A DNA stretch of 64,000 bases from a bacterium (GCA_030704665.1 JAUYID010000009.1:662462-726461); one strand, 5' to 3'. Counted from the first letter of the stretch, positions 18,634-27,201 are shown. Notes: generated by a model not told the origin, from the letters alone. Numbers and translations: made by a program.

Positions 18634-19812
18634 TCAGAGTGACGTCTTTGATCTTTTTGCTTGCAGAGCCTCTTTGACAAAGAGCTTCATTTTTTCTTTA
18701 AATCTTTCTTTAGAAAATTTTTCTGCTTGCTTCTTTGCTTCTTGAGGATCAAATTCCATTTTTTCGAATTTTCTAACTGCCTCTATTATAGACTCTTCTG
18801 TCTGCTCTGAGAAAAAAACTCCGGTTTTTCCTTCGACAATTGTTTCGAGAGCCCCACCTTTTCCAAAAGCGATGACAGCTTTGCCCGCGGCTTGGGCTTC
18901 GACTGGGACAATCCCAAAGTCTTCCTCAGTTGGAAAAATCAAGGCTCGACAGTCTTTCATGTAAGCCGCTACTTGGCTATCAGCTAGCCTTCCCAAAAAC
19001 TCAATGTTGGGCTCGGCCATTGCTTTTAGAGTTGTCAGAGCTGGGCCGTCACCAATTATTTTTAGTGGATAACCGAGTTTGTTGAAAGCTTTGACGGCAA
19101 TATCAATTTTTTTATAGCCCCCAAGACGGGAAACAATGAGATAGAAAAATTTATTTGGCCTTGATACTTGATCTTTGATACTGGGTACGCTGGCAAAGCG
19201 AGCTGTCTCTACTGGGGGGTAAAGCACCGTCGCCGGGACACCATATTTATCTTTAATTCGTTTTTTGATTTCTTCAGAATTGGCGATGACAAAATCGATT
19301 TTTTTCATCGCTGCCCGATCTGCCAAGCGCAAAAGGTTTTTAACAACCGGGACAGTAAGTCGGTAGATTGGCTCCAAGTATTTATCAAAACCGCGGTGTC
19401 GGTAGCCGGTCAGTTCTTGATCGTAGCCGTAGAGGAATCTCGGTGGAGTGTTGATATAGGCAATGTGAAACCCACCTTTTTTTGCTCGAGCAAATTTGGC
19501 GGCGTAGGAGGAGACACTGATCACAATATCTGCGTCGGTCTTCTGCAACCGAAAGGCCAGGGGATAAAGAAAGAAGTAGTGTTTGTTTAAATAATGAGCA
19601 AAAGGAAGTTTTTGTATTAAATTAGTGTGAATTCGACTCGGATCAATTTTTAGCCAAGAATCCATCAACTTTTTATCATAAATAGAAGTGTAGATCTGGG
19701 CTTCCGGCCAGATTTCTGCTAAGGCTCCAACGACCCGTTCTCCTCCACCATACTGGTTGAGAAAGTCGTTGACAATTGCCACACTTGGTTGCTTGCTAAA
19801 CATAGGTTCCAA
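18634..19812 (-). CDS. Glycosyltransferase, GT4 family
   Basis: 392 aa. GT-B fold with a C-terminal E..7..E-type region (FPTEEDFGIVPVEAQAAGKAVIA). Confidence 0.7.
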   Translation of the reverse strand: MEPMFSKQPSVAIVNDFLNQYGGGERVVGALAEIWPEAQIYTSIYDKKLMDSWLKIDPSRIHTNLIQKLPFAHYLNKHYFFLYPLAFRLQKTDADIVISVSSYAAKFARAKKGGFHIAYINTPPRFLYGYDQELTGYRHRGFDKYLEPIYRLTVPVVKNLLRLADRAAMKKIDFVIANSEEIKKRIKDKYGVPATVLYPPVETARFASVPSIKDQVSRPNKFFYLIVSRLGGYKKIDIAVKAFNKLGYPLKIIGDGPALTTLKAMAEPNIEFLGRLADSQVAAYMKDCRALIFPTEEDFGIVPVEAQAAGKAVIAFGKGGALETIVEGKTGVFFSEQTEESIIEAVRKFEKMEFDPQEAKKQAEKFSKERFKEKMKLFVKEALQAKRSKTSL

Positions 19813-19977
19813 TTATAGCGCTTTAGCGATACAAGCGCGAGTCTTTCGGGCTTATACAAGTTTAGACTGCTGCAAGCGATTTCAATTGCTTATAGCGCGC
19901 GGCACAAGCGCGAGCCGAGTACTTCTCAAAGCTAAGCTTGACCACTTAGCCAAATTCAGCATATGATTTTTAAGTAG

Positions 19978-21165
19978 ATGAAACTAAAACTTGCCATCTT
20001 TTCTTTTGTTTTTATCCTCCTTTCCCTGGCCCAAATCAACAAAATAACCACTCGGGAATTTGTTTTGGACGAATACATTTGGATACCTGCGGGAATAACT
20101 TTCGTTGACAAACTTTCTCATGGTGAGTTTGAAAAAACCAACCTCTCCACCCGCCCAGGAGTAACCGTTGAAATAGTTACTGGAACAACTACAACCTTGG
20201 TGCGCAGGCTCAATAATCAAAAAGATCTTTTTACCACACAGATTAGCGAGAATGAAATTTTTGTAAATCGAGTAGTCATCGGGCTGATACTTGCTCTTCT
20301 TGCCAGCTTGTCTTTCTTCCCTTTATCTATTTTATTGGGTCAACGCAACGCAGCCCTAGGTACTCTTTTACTAGGTCTAAACCCGTTGTTAATACGCCTT
20401 CAGGCTGCTTGGACCGATCTTTTTTTAGCTTTGTTTTTGGTTTTAAGTTTATTTTGTTACTTGGTGTTTTGGGAAAAGAAAAACAAGAGTTTTCTCTTTC
20501 TTTCTGCCCTAGCCTTTGGTCTTGCCCTTGCTTCAAAAGCTTTCGCCATCATTCTAATACCAAGTCTAGCCCTTTCTTCGATCTGGTTTAACTTCAACAA
20601 AGAAAACGTTAAAAACGCTTTGCGCTCAGTCTTTGTAGTTTTCGCAGGCGGTTTAGCAATCGTTTACCTTATTTACCCTTTCCTTTGGGTCAAACCGTTT
20701 GGACTTTTTTTTCGTTATCCAGAGCTGACCAACAATTTTTCAACCAGTGTGACAGATCAATACTTTGGATCTTTTAGTGTCTTTTTCTACCCCTACAATC
20801 TTTTTCTCTATGATTTCTTTTTAGCCGTTTTGGTTTCTCTTTTATTGCTACCAACAATTCTTCACTTGGTCCGAAAGCGAAGTTGGCCAAACATAATCCA
20901 ATTTCCGGTTCTGTTCTTCCTTCTAAACCTGGTGGCTTTATTGATAGTGTCACAAGCGAAGTACCTCACTCACAACACCGGCCAAAATATTGCGGGTTAT
21001 CGCTATTTTGCCCCAGCCGTTTTCTCGCTGATCTTGTTTCTAGTGGCATCAAGCGCTTTCGTTGCTGAAAAAGTGAATTTTTGGGGAAGAAAATCTTCTG
21101 TTCCAAAAATCTTTCCCTTTTTAGTACTGGGCTATTACCTTTTCGAATTTTTCTTTTGGAGATAG
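19978..21165 (+). CDS. Polytopic membrane protein, possibly a GT-C-type (ArnT/PMT-like) glycosyltransferase
   Basis: 395 aa with more than 10 predicted TM helices. The call rests on general architecture only. Confidence 0.35.
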   Translation: MKLKLAIFSFVFILLSLAQINKITTREFVLDEYIWIPAGITFVDKLSHGEFEKTNLSTRPGVTVEIVTGTTTTLVRRLNNQKDLFTTQISENEIFVNRVVIGLILALLASLSFFPLSILLGQRNAALGTLLLGLNPLLIRLQAAWTDLFLALFLVLSLFCYLVFWEKKNKSFLFLSALAFGLALASKAFAIILIPSLALSSIWFNFNKENVKNALRSVFVVFAGGLAIVYLIYPFLWVKPFGLFFRYPELTNNFSTSVTDQYFGSFSVFFYPYNLFLYDFFLAVLVSLLLLPTILHLVRKRSWPNIIQFPVLFFLLNLVALLIVSQAKYLTHNTGQNIAGYRYFAPAVFSLILFLVASSAFVAEKVNFWGRKSSVPKIFPFLVLGYYLFEFFFWR

Positions 21166-21253
21166 AGTGAAGAATAATTTAGTTCAGAGGGTTCGACGAG
21201 AAAGAGTGCGTTCTTCCTCGTCGGTGTCTATGCAATCACTAACGCACTAGGTG

Positions 21254-21526
21254 CTAGAACATGATTTTCGCCGAGTTGTCAAAGCCCCAATCTTCAACAA
21301 AGAAGTTGGCCCAGATCACTGTTCCAACAATCATGAGGATGGTGAGGGCTACTGGTATCAGCTCCCATTTTCTCCTCTGTGTATCAGTTGTCAAACTGAA
21401 AACGGCCAGCACCATGGTGGCCGCAGCCAGGTCAAAGACTGGCTTGTTCACCCCAAAGCTCGCGGCGAAGACGACCATCGCCAGGATGAAAACCCAGGTG
21501 AAGCGTTCGCGGATCCAAGTCATCTC
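21254..21526 (-). CDS. Small membrane protein (2 TM) in the GC-rich islet
   Basis: Longest ORF is 21254..21634. I trimmed it to the internal Met (MTWIRERFTW...) because the upstream gene ends at 21550. Confidence 0.35.
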   Translation of the reverse strand, partial: EMTWIRERFTWVFILAMVVFAASFGVNKPVFDLAAATMVLAVFSLTTDTQRRKWELIPVALTILMIVGTVIWANFFVEDWGFDNSAKIMF

Positions 21527-21549
21527 ACTACTCCTTTCGACTTGCGCCG

Positions 21550-21945
21550 TTACGCAAATCTCTCGATGATGATCTTGACTGGCACCGCCAGCAGAAGCAG
21601 CAAGGCACTCAGACCACCACCGCTGTGGATCCAAAAGTCGCGCCGGTTGGCACGACCGTTGAACTCAACACCTTCTTCGGTGATCAGGTAGGTCTTGTCG
21701 ACCACCTCGATCCTGATCCACTCGATCAACTTGAACCACAACACGGCACTGACTACCGCTGCGGGCAAGAAGACTAGCGGGTGGATTCCCAAAACCCACA
21801 CCAGCAGAGGTGGCAGTACCGGCAGTAGCAGCGGTACTCCAATCTTCTTGTAGAAAGGCGTGTGGTCCTTGCCACAAATCAAGTCGTGGGCGATTCTAGC
21901 CGACACGAACTCGAGTCCGGGATGACTTTCCCTTGCCTGAGCCAC
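21550..21945 (-). CDS. Hypothetical membrane protein in the GC-rich islet (GTG start; AAGGAGGA immediately upstream)
   Basis: 131 aa: a proline-rich TM segment followed by a soluble region. Start codon is uncertain. Confidence 0.35.
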   Translation of the reverse strand: MAQARESHPGLEFVSARIAHDLICGKDHTPFYKKIGVPLLLPVLPPLLVWVLGIHPLVFLPAAVVSAVLWFKLIEWIRIEVVDKTYLITEEGVEFNGRANRRDFWIHSGGGLSALLLLLAVPVKIIIERFA

Positions 21946-21978
21946 GACTCCTCCTTCCGGCTTTCGCCAGCTTCCCGA

Positions 21979-22407
21979 TCAGGCACTGACAGGTGATTTC
22001 TTCTGCGCCACCACCAAAACACCCAAACGCATCAGATTGATTCCTGCCACCCTAACCGCACCAACATCGGCAAGATCATCTCGCGAGTCGGACTTGATGA
22101 AAAGGGTCAACCAAAAACCCGGACCAAGTTGCAACAAGAATTCTGCGTCAGGAAGATATCCTCGGATGTCCGTCAGATGAAACCTCACGTTTTCCCTGAG
22201 AAGATCCTCTACCCTCCCAAGACGATCGAGTTCCTGCTCGTCAGTCGTTGCCTCCTTGGCGGCAGCCAACACTATAGCCACTGCCTTGTCAGCTCCATCT
22301 TCATCACTGAAGAAAGCGTGATCCACAACTACCTCCTTGGCATTTGCCTGTTTCTTCCGGTTAGAGCAATTATACTTCTCGTCAGCAAATGAAGGTGTAT
22401 AATCCAA
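21979..22407 (-). CDS. Hypothetical protein in the GC-rich islet
   Basis: 142-aa ORF with no recognisable motif. Other-frame ORFs overlap it. Confidence 0.25.
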   Translation of the reverse strand: MDYTPSFADEKYNCSNRKKQANAKEVVVDHAFFSDEDGADKAVAIVLAAAKEATTDEQELDRLGRVEDLLRENVRFHLTDIRGYLPDAEFLLQLGPGFWLTLFIKSDSRDDLADVGAVRVAGINLMRLGVLVVAQKKSPVSA

Positions 22408-22455
22408 ATCAGCAACACGAAACGAGAGAGCCGAAAGGCTAGAAGGAGATTACCC

Positions 22456-22761
22456 ATGCTCGATGACAAGGTAGGTGAGACCTTTGCCTTTGACCTGGAC
22501 TGTACTCGCGATTGGTATCCAGTCGGAGATATAACCGAGGATGAAGCATGGAATTTAGCCAACTCCGCTGCTCCTCATAGCCAGTGGAATGATGAGGAGA
22601 TCACCGCCTTCATCGGCTACCAATACGCTACTGGCAAACGGGATTGGCCTGAGGAAATTGCTCTGGTTGTCACGGTCGATGAGCAGTTTGCCCATGCAGT
22701 CGTGCGCTGGGAAGGCAACTACTACCGTCTGCGACGGAAAGTTGAACCAGTGGCTGTATAA
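22456..22761 (+). CDS. Hypothetical protein in the GC-rich islet
   Basis: 101 aa. Canonical SD AAGGAGAT 5 nt before the ATG, and protein-like composition. Confidence 0.45.
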   Translation: MLDDKVGETFAFDLDCTRDWYPVGDITEDEAWNLANSAAPHSQWNDEEITAFIGYQYATGKRDWPEEIALVVTVDEQFAHAVVRWEGNYYRLRRKVEPVAV

Positions 22762-22963
22762 CAAGGAGAAGACGATGCCAACTGCACAAGAGTCAGCCTA
22801 CAGAGAACGTCTCAAGAACAGCTGGTGTGCGGTTGCGGCAGCACTGACTACACACAGGTCTGCGACCGTGGCAAGCCCAAGAACGGCCCGCCAGGGCTCT
22901 ACTGTCAATCCTGTTTCGAGGAGGCTGACGAGGATTAGCCAAAAGGCTGGAGGAGAGTTTTCC

Positions 22964-23383
22964 ATGGAAACTTTGCGGTTCCCGGACGATTATGACAGAA
23001 TGAGCCTTTGGCTCGCGACCACACCCGATGGCAGACGGATTGTTGAGGGGAAATTGGAAGAGTTCCCCAATCTCTTCTCCGAACAGTTCGATCAAGGACT
23101 TCGGGAGTTGGGATTCGACAGCGCCAATCTGCTGCGGGTCAAAGAATTAGCCTTGGATTGGCATAGGCAAGGTAGTTCTCAACGCGGACGGCTTTCCAGA
23201 ATCGATGTGGCCCTACTGCGAGCAGTCGAGCAGCAGTTGAGCATGTCTTTGGTGAGCCCACCACTAAAAGTCCGTCTTGAGAAACTCTCAAAGGAACTGC
23301 GACAAAACTCGCGCAAACGGCGTGGCCAGCGGACCGAGAGTCTGCGGGGTGCTGGTAACATCGTCATCGGACCCGGTTGTTAG
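22964..23383 (+). CDS. Hypothetical protein in the GC-rich islet
   Basis: 139 aa (METLRFPDDYDRMSLW...). GGAGGAGAG SD upstream. It is the protein-like 3' part of the 264-aa track ORF. Confidence 0.4.
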   Translation: METLRFPDDYDRMSLWLATTPDGRRIVEGKLEEFPNLFSEQFDQGLRELGFDSANLLRVKELALDWHRQGSSQRGRLSRIDVALLRAVEQQLSMSLVSPPLKVRLEKLSKELRQNSRKRRGQRTESLRGAGNIVIGPGC

Positions 23384-23557
23384 GAGGTGATCCGTGGCAG
23401 GTAACGCAACGGAACGACTACAAATTCGATACCGCAACGGCCGAGCGGTAAAACGCCCGCCTTGGGAAGAAGATCGAGGTGGAATGGTTGTGGTACCAGT
23501 TCACTCACCACTGCCGGTGTCGCAGATACCAAAAGGGCGGGAGTAGAGGAGAAGGTC

Positions 23558-23701
23558 ATGACACGCAAGCGAGGGCGCAAACAGCGCAAGCCCAAGCTTA
23601 CCGTTGAACAAGTCTGGTCCAGAATGGAGCGCTCGCTTGAGGAATGGGAGAAGAAATTACCCAAAGCCTCGGACAAGACGCTCCACATGGTTATCAACTG
23701 A
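23558..23701 (+). CDS. Small basic protein (47 aa) in the GC-rich islet
   Basis: MTRKRGRKQRKPKLTVEQVWSRMERSLEEWEKK... GGAGAAGG SD 6 nt upstream. Confidence 0.3.
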   Translation: MTRKRGRKQRKPKLTVEQVWSRMERSLEEWEKKLPKASDKTLHMVIN

Positions 23702-23729
23702 TAATCAACGGGGCGCAGGATCGACAACA

Positions 23730-23769
23730 CGAGCGACCAAAACTTTTTTGGCCGCTCGCTCCGTTTTTT
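23730..23769 (+). terminator. Intrinsic terminator at the right edge of the GC-rich islet
   Basis: CGAGCGACC-aaaactttttt-GGCCGCTCG stem (one mismatch), then CTCCGTTTTTT. Confidence 0.45.
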
Positions 23770-23787
23770 AGGACCTCTTCCCAAAAA

Positions 23788-24711
23788 ATGTATAATGAAA
23801 AGACTGTGCGGCTTTTTTCCTTTCTTCTCCTTAGTTTAATAGTCCTTTCCTTCCCAGGGAGTATCTTCGCCCACGGTTCTGGTCCCCCAATCCTGCTTAT
23901 GAATGGAAAGTATGCAAACAACAACCCTATCTTTACCTCGAGCACTACTGATATTCCCTTGGGAATGGATGTAGCACCGGAAAATTATTTAGTTAATACC
24001 CAGGTTAAGTTTTCCCTGACCCGCAAGAATTTGCCGGCTCCAAAAGAAGTCATCGATCGCTCTACTTTCGGCTGGAACTTTGCTGATGGCAGGCAGGGCA
24101 GCGGGTTAACCGTTTCTCATACCTTTACCAAACCAGGCACTTATATCGTCAAAATCACCGTCAAAGACCCGACTCAAAATACGGTTTTTGATCTCAATAC
24201 CGTGCAGCTGAATATTCTGCCCAACAAAGACTACTCCCTACCGCAAGCCAAGATAAAAATTAACGGTAAGCTGGTTGCAGACCCCCTCAAGGACACTTTC
24301 AAAGTCAAAAAAGGAGACGAAATTGAATTTGATGCGAGCCAATCTGTTGGCGATGGTTTGTCCTACCAATGGGACTTTGGTGATGGGGTGGCACAGAGAG
24401 GAAAGACTATAAAACATACCTACGCTGCCGACTTCTTCCCTAGTTTTCCACTGCTACGGGTCACTGACAAAAACGGCCTCTACAACGATACTTTTGCTGA
24501 GTTTTTTGGTCCTGAAGGTGGAGAAGGCTTTTTCCCAAACCCAGCCTACAAAGTCAATGATAGCAAAACTTCTTCTCCAACTGCTTCAGCAAACTCAAAA
24601 TCTAAAACTGACTTTCCTCTTTTACCTGCTCTGGGAATTGGAGGGGTAGTAGTATTTCTGACTCTAACTTTTTATTTGACCAAGCTTCGTCGCCAAGTGA
24701 AAAATAAGTAA
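23788..24711 (+). CDS. Secreted/cell-surface protein with two PKD-like domains and a C-terminal TM anchor
   Basis: Signal peptide MYNEKTVRLFSFLLLSLIVLSFPGSIFA. WNFADGRQG...HTFTKPGTYIVKITVKD and WDFGDGVAQRGKTIKHTY are classic PKD motifs. Hydrophobic C-terminus followed by KLRRQVKNK. Confidence 0.6.
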   Translation: MYNEKTVRLFSFLLLSLIVLSFPGSIFAHGSGPPILLMNGKYANNNPIFTSSTTDIPLGMDVAPENYLVNTQVKFSLTRKNLPAPKEVIDRSTFGWNFADGRQGSGLTVSHTFTKPGTYIVKITVKDPTQNTVFDLNTVQLNILPNKDYSLPQAKIKINGKLVADPLKDTFKVKKGDEIEFDASQSVGDGLSYQWDFGDGVAQRGKTIKHTYAADFFPSFPLLRVTDKNGLYNDTFAEFFGPEGGEGFFPNPAYKVNDSKTSSPTASANSKSKTDFPLLPALGIGGVVVFLTLTFYLTKLRRQVKNK

Positions 24712-24718
24712 TTTTGTT

Positions 24719-25861
24719 TTAACTCTTTTTTCCCACTTGGTTGTAAACCGCGAGTGTTTGCTCTGCCATTTTCCGCCAGGAAAACTGCCTGACTCTTTCT
24801 TGCCCAGCTTTGGTTAACCCTTCTCTGAGCTTTTTGTTCTCTGCAACTTCTTTTACTTTTTTCGCAAGCTCGGGGGGCTTGTGCGGATCGAAATAGACTG
24901 CCGCAGTAGCGTAAACTTCAGGTAAACTTGAAATTTTGGCCGCAATGACCGGACAGAGACAGGCCATTGCCTCCAAACCCGGAAGCCCAAAGCCCTCAGA
25001 GAGGGAGGGAAAAACAAAGGCGAGCGCCTCCTGAAAAAGAATGACGAGCTCTTCATTGGGAACAAAACCAACAAACTTGACCCGATCTTCCAAACCGAGA
25101 TCTTTAACTTCTTCCTGCACTTTTTCGGTAAAGCGGTTTCGGGCCCCGACGATGACCAGTTTAGTTTTGGGTTCAAGAAGGCGCAGAGCTTCGAAAATGA
25201 CCTGGATGTTTTTGTAAGGAAAAAGGTTTCCCACGTAAAGCAAGTACGGGTCTCTCACTCCGAAGCTCTCCAAAACTTTTTTCTTTTGCCCTTCAGCAAC
25301 TTTCTTTTCTCCAAGGGACAAGAAAATCTGGTCTGCGGCTTCGTAGGTCACTTCAATTTTTGAAGGCTTGACCCCAAAGCTAGCGGCAACTTTCTTTTTG
25401 ATAAATTCCGATGGAACTAGAATTTTGCTTGCCCGTTTCACGGCTTGGTTGGCGACAATCTTGTAACCAGCACTTTTGACAAAATAAATTGGTTTCATTC
25501 TTGTCGTTGCCGCACTACCACCAAACTCGTTGGTAGTCGTGTCATGAACTGTGACGACAAATTTTCCGCCCCAAAGCAAGGGTACGTTGAGGTGGGGGAA
25601 ATGAACCAAATCTGGCTTTTCGCGAGTAAGAACCGCCGGCACGACGACTTGCTCTTTGACCGAGTACCATTTGGCATCAGTGAGGACTTTTTTGAAATTG
25701 GAGCTCTCCGGGTTGAAAAGGGGGTAGTTGTTTTTGCGTAGGAGAACAACATACTCATTCTCTGTGTCAATTTTCACCAACTCGTTTAGTAGATTTTCAA
25801 CGTAACGGCCGATTCCGGTCCCTTCTGGACCAAAGAAACGCGCGTCAATGGCAATTTTCAT
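24719..25861 (-). CDS. Glycosyltransferase, GT4 family
   Basis: GT-B fold (EGFGLPGLEAMA). Start chosen at MKIAIDARF; the track ORF extends 7 codons further upstream. Confidence 0.7.
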   Translation of the reverse strand: MKIAIDARFFGPEGTGIGRYVENLLNELVKIDTENEYVVLLRKNNYPLFNPESSNFKKVLTDAKWYSVKEQVVVPAVLTREKPDLVHFPHLNVPLLWGGKFVVTVHDTTTNEFGGSAATTRMKPIYFVKSAGYKIVANQAVKRASKILVPSEFIKKKVAASFGVKPSKIEVTYEAADQIFLSLGEKKVAEGQKKKVLESFGVRDPYLLYVGNLFPYKNIQVIFEALRLLEPKTKLVIVGARNRFTEKVQEEVKDLGLEDRVKFVGFVPNEELVILFQEALAFVFPSLSEGFGLPGLEAMACLCPVIAAKISSLPEVYATAAVYFDPHKPPELAKKVKEVAENKKLREGLTKAGQERVRQFSWRKMAEQTLAVYNQVGKKS

Positions 25862-26010
25862 TTTGAAGTAACTAGCGAGCAAATATAAATTCGCTTCGCT
25901 CTTTGTAATTTACGATTCTAGATCTCTTCGCTCTCTGCGCTGCAAGCGTCTTCAACCGCGATCCAAATTCTTGGTTTCTTAAGCAAACACCCTTCCTGGT
26001 CGATACGATG

Positions 26011-27171
26011 CTACTTAGACCTGCCTTCTTTCCCTAAAACTTCCCTGATAAGCTTGCCGCTTTCTTCGATCATACGGCTTTTAGTAAATTTTTCCAGAGC
26101 GCTGCTGTAAGCTTCTTGCGTAAACTTCTCTACTTTGATTTTATCATCCAAGGCTTCGAGCAAGGCTTTTGCCAAAGCCCGACTATCCTTCGCCTCGCAC
26201 AGCCAACCACTTTTTCCTTCTTCTATCTCTTCGGGAATACCACCAACTTTTGTCGCAACCACCGGAACATGGGTAAAAATCGCTTCCAGGACTGACAAAG
26301 GCAAACCCTCACTTTCTGACGGTAAAGTGAAGACATCGGCAGCGTAATAAAAATTCAAAGTCTCTTCTCGTTCAATTTTTCCCAAAAAAGTCACCTCTTT
26401 CAACAGACCAAGGTATTTAACTTTGTTTCTTATTTTCTTCTCCATTAACTTATTTCCCCCACCCACTGAAAGCAGATGCACCTCTGGAATTTTTCGTTTG
26501 ACTTCAACCAAGGCCTCCAACAAAGTTTCATAACCCTTGCCCGCGTTAATACGGGCATTGATACCAATCACTGGTTTTTTTTCCAAACCAAGCTTTTTCT
26601 TTGCAGTCAGCTTTTGCTCCTGCCTCGGAGGGACGAAAAAGTGCTCATCGACTCCGTTGTAAACGACTTTTATTTTTTCTTCTGAAACTGAAAAGTCAGC
26701 TAAATATTTTTTCAGAGCCTGACAATCAACCACCACCTGCTCACAAGAATTTAGTTTAGCAACAACTGCCTTTTTGAGAAGCGGGTTTTTTCGCAGCCAA
26801 GCGGGAAATTGAGGATGTTGGATATGAAGATGCGAAAAGCCCTTTTTTACCCTTTCAACCAAAACTAGCTCTTTGTAATCAAAGGTGATGACCAAATCTT
26901 TTTTGGTAGCCGAGGCAAGTTTCTCGGCCATTTTTTTCTGCAACAAAAGGTTTACCGGGTTAAAAAAATTCAAGCCTCGGTAACGACCAAAAGTACTTCC
27001 CAAACTAACTATCTCAGTTTCGACCCCAGCTTTTTCCATTGCCTTTTTAAATGGGCTTTTTTCGGAAGTAACAAATTTCGTCGGAAACTCTTTTTTTAAA
27101 CTGGAGATCAAATCAAGAATTTGGTATTCTGCTCCACCAAAAAAAGGGGCACCGCTAACAAAGATAATCAT
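26011..27171 (-). CDS. Glycosyltransferase, GT4 family
   Basis: 386 aa. ESEGLPLSVLEAIFTHVPVVAT is a GT4 C-terminal motif. Confidence 0.7.
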   Translation of the reverse strand: MIIFVSGAPFFGGAEYQILDLISSLKKEFPTKFVTSEKSPFKKAMEKAGVETEIVSLGSTFGRYRGLNFFNPVNLLLQKKMAEKLASATKKDLVITFDYKELVLVERVKKGFSHLHIQHPQFPAWLRKNPLLKKAVVAKLNSCEQVVVDCQALKKYLADFSVSEEKIKVVYNGVDEHFFVPPRQEQKLTAKKKLGLEKKPVIGINARINAGKGYETLLEALVEVKRKIPEVHLLSVGGGNKLMEKKIRNKVKYLGLLKEVTFLGKIEREETLNFYYAADVFTLPSESEGLPLSVLEAIFTHVPVVATKVGGIPEEIEEGKSGWLCEAKDSRALAKALLEALDDKIKVEKFTQEAYSSALEKFTKSRMIEESGKLIREVLGKEGRSK

Positions 27172-27201
27172 AAACTTTATTTTACCAAGCCTTGGCTAGG
27201 T

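Noticed and set aside
21166-21253. tRNA fragment at the islet's left edge (GGGTTCGAcgag resembles a T-loop)
   Set aside because: The flanking bases do not form a T-stem, acceptor stem or anticodon arm. The local hairpin CGACGAG-N16-CTCGTCG explains the resemblance.
21251-21877. Track ORFs 21251..21691 (+), 21261..21569 (+) and 21665..21877 (-) in the GC-rich islet
   Set aside because: Long spurious frames are expected in GC-rich DNA. They overlap the better-supported minus-strand membrane-protein genes and have Arg/Ala/Ser/Pro-rich junk composition.
22129-22562. ORFs 22129..22392 (+) and 22329..22562 (-) overlapping the islet genes
   Set aside because: They are antisense or out of frame to the SD-led genes and lack their own ribosome-binding sites.
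22589-22963. N-terminal 125 codons of the 264-aa track ORF
   Set aside because: The composition looks like an incorrect frame. A Cys-rich alternative frame and an internal SD plus ATG at 22964 fit better. I kept this as a finding rather than a feature.
22793-23784. Minus-strand ORFs 22793..23095, 23179..23367 and 23380..23784
   Set aside because: They are antisense to the SD-supported plus-strand genes, with no RBS and junk-like composition.
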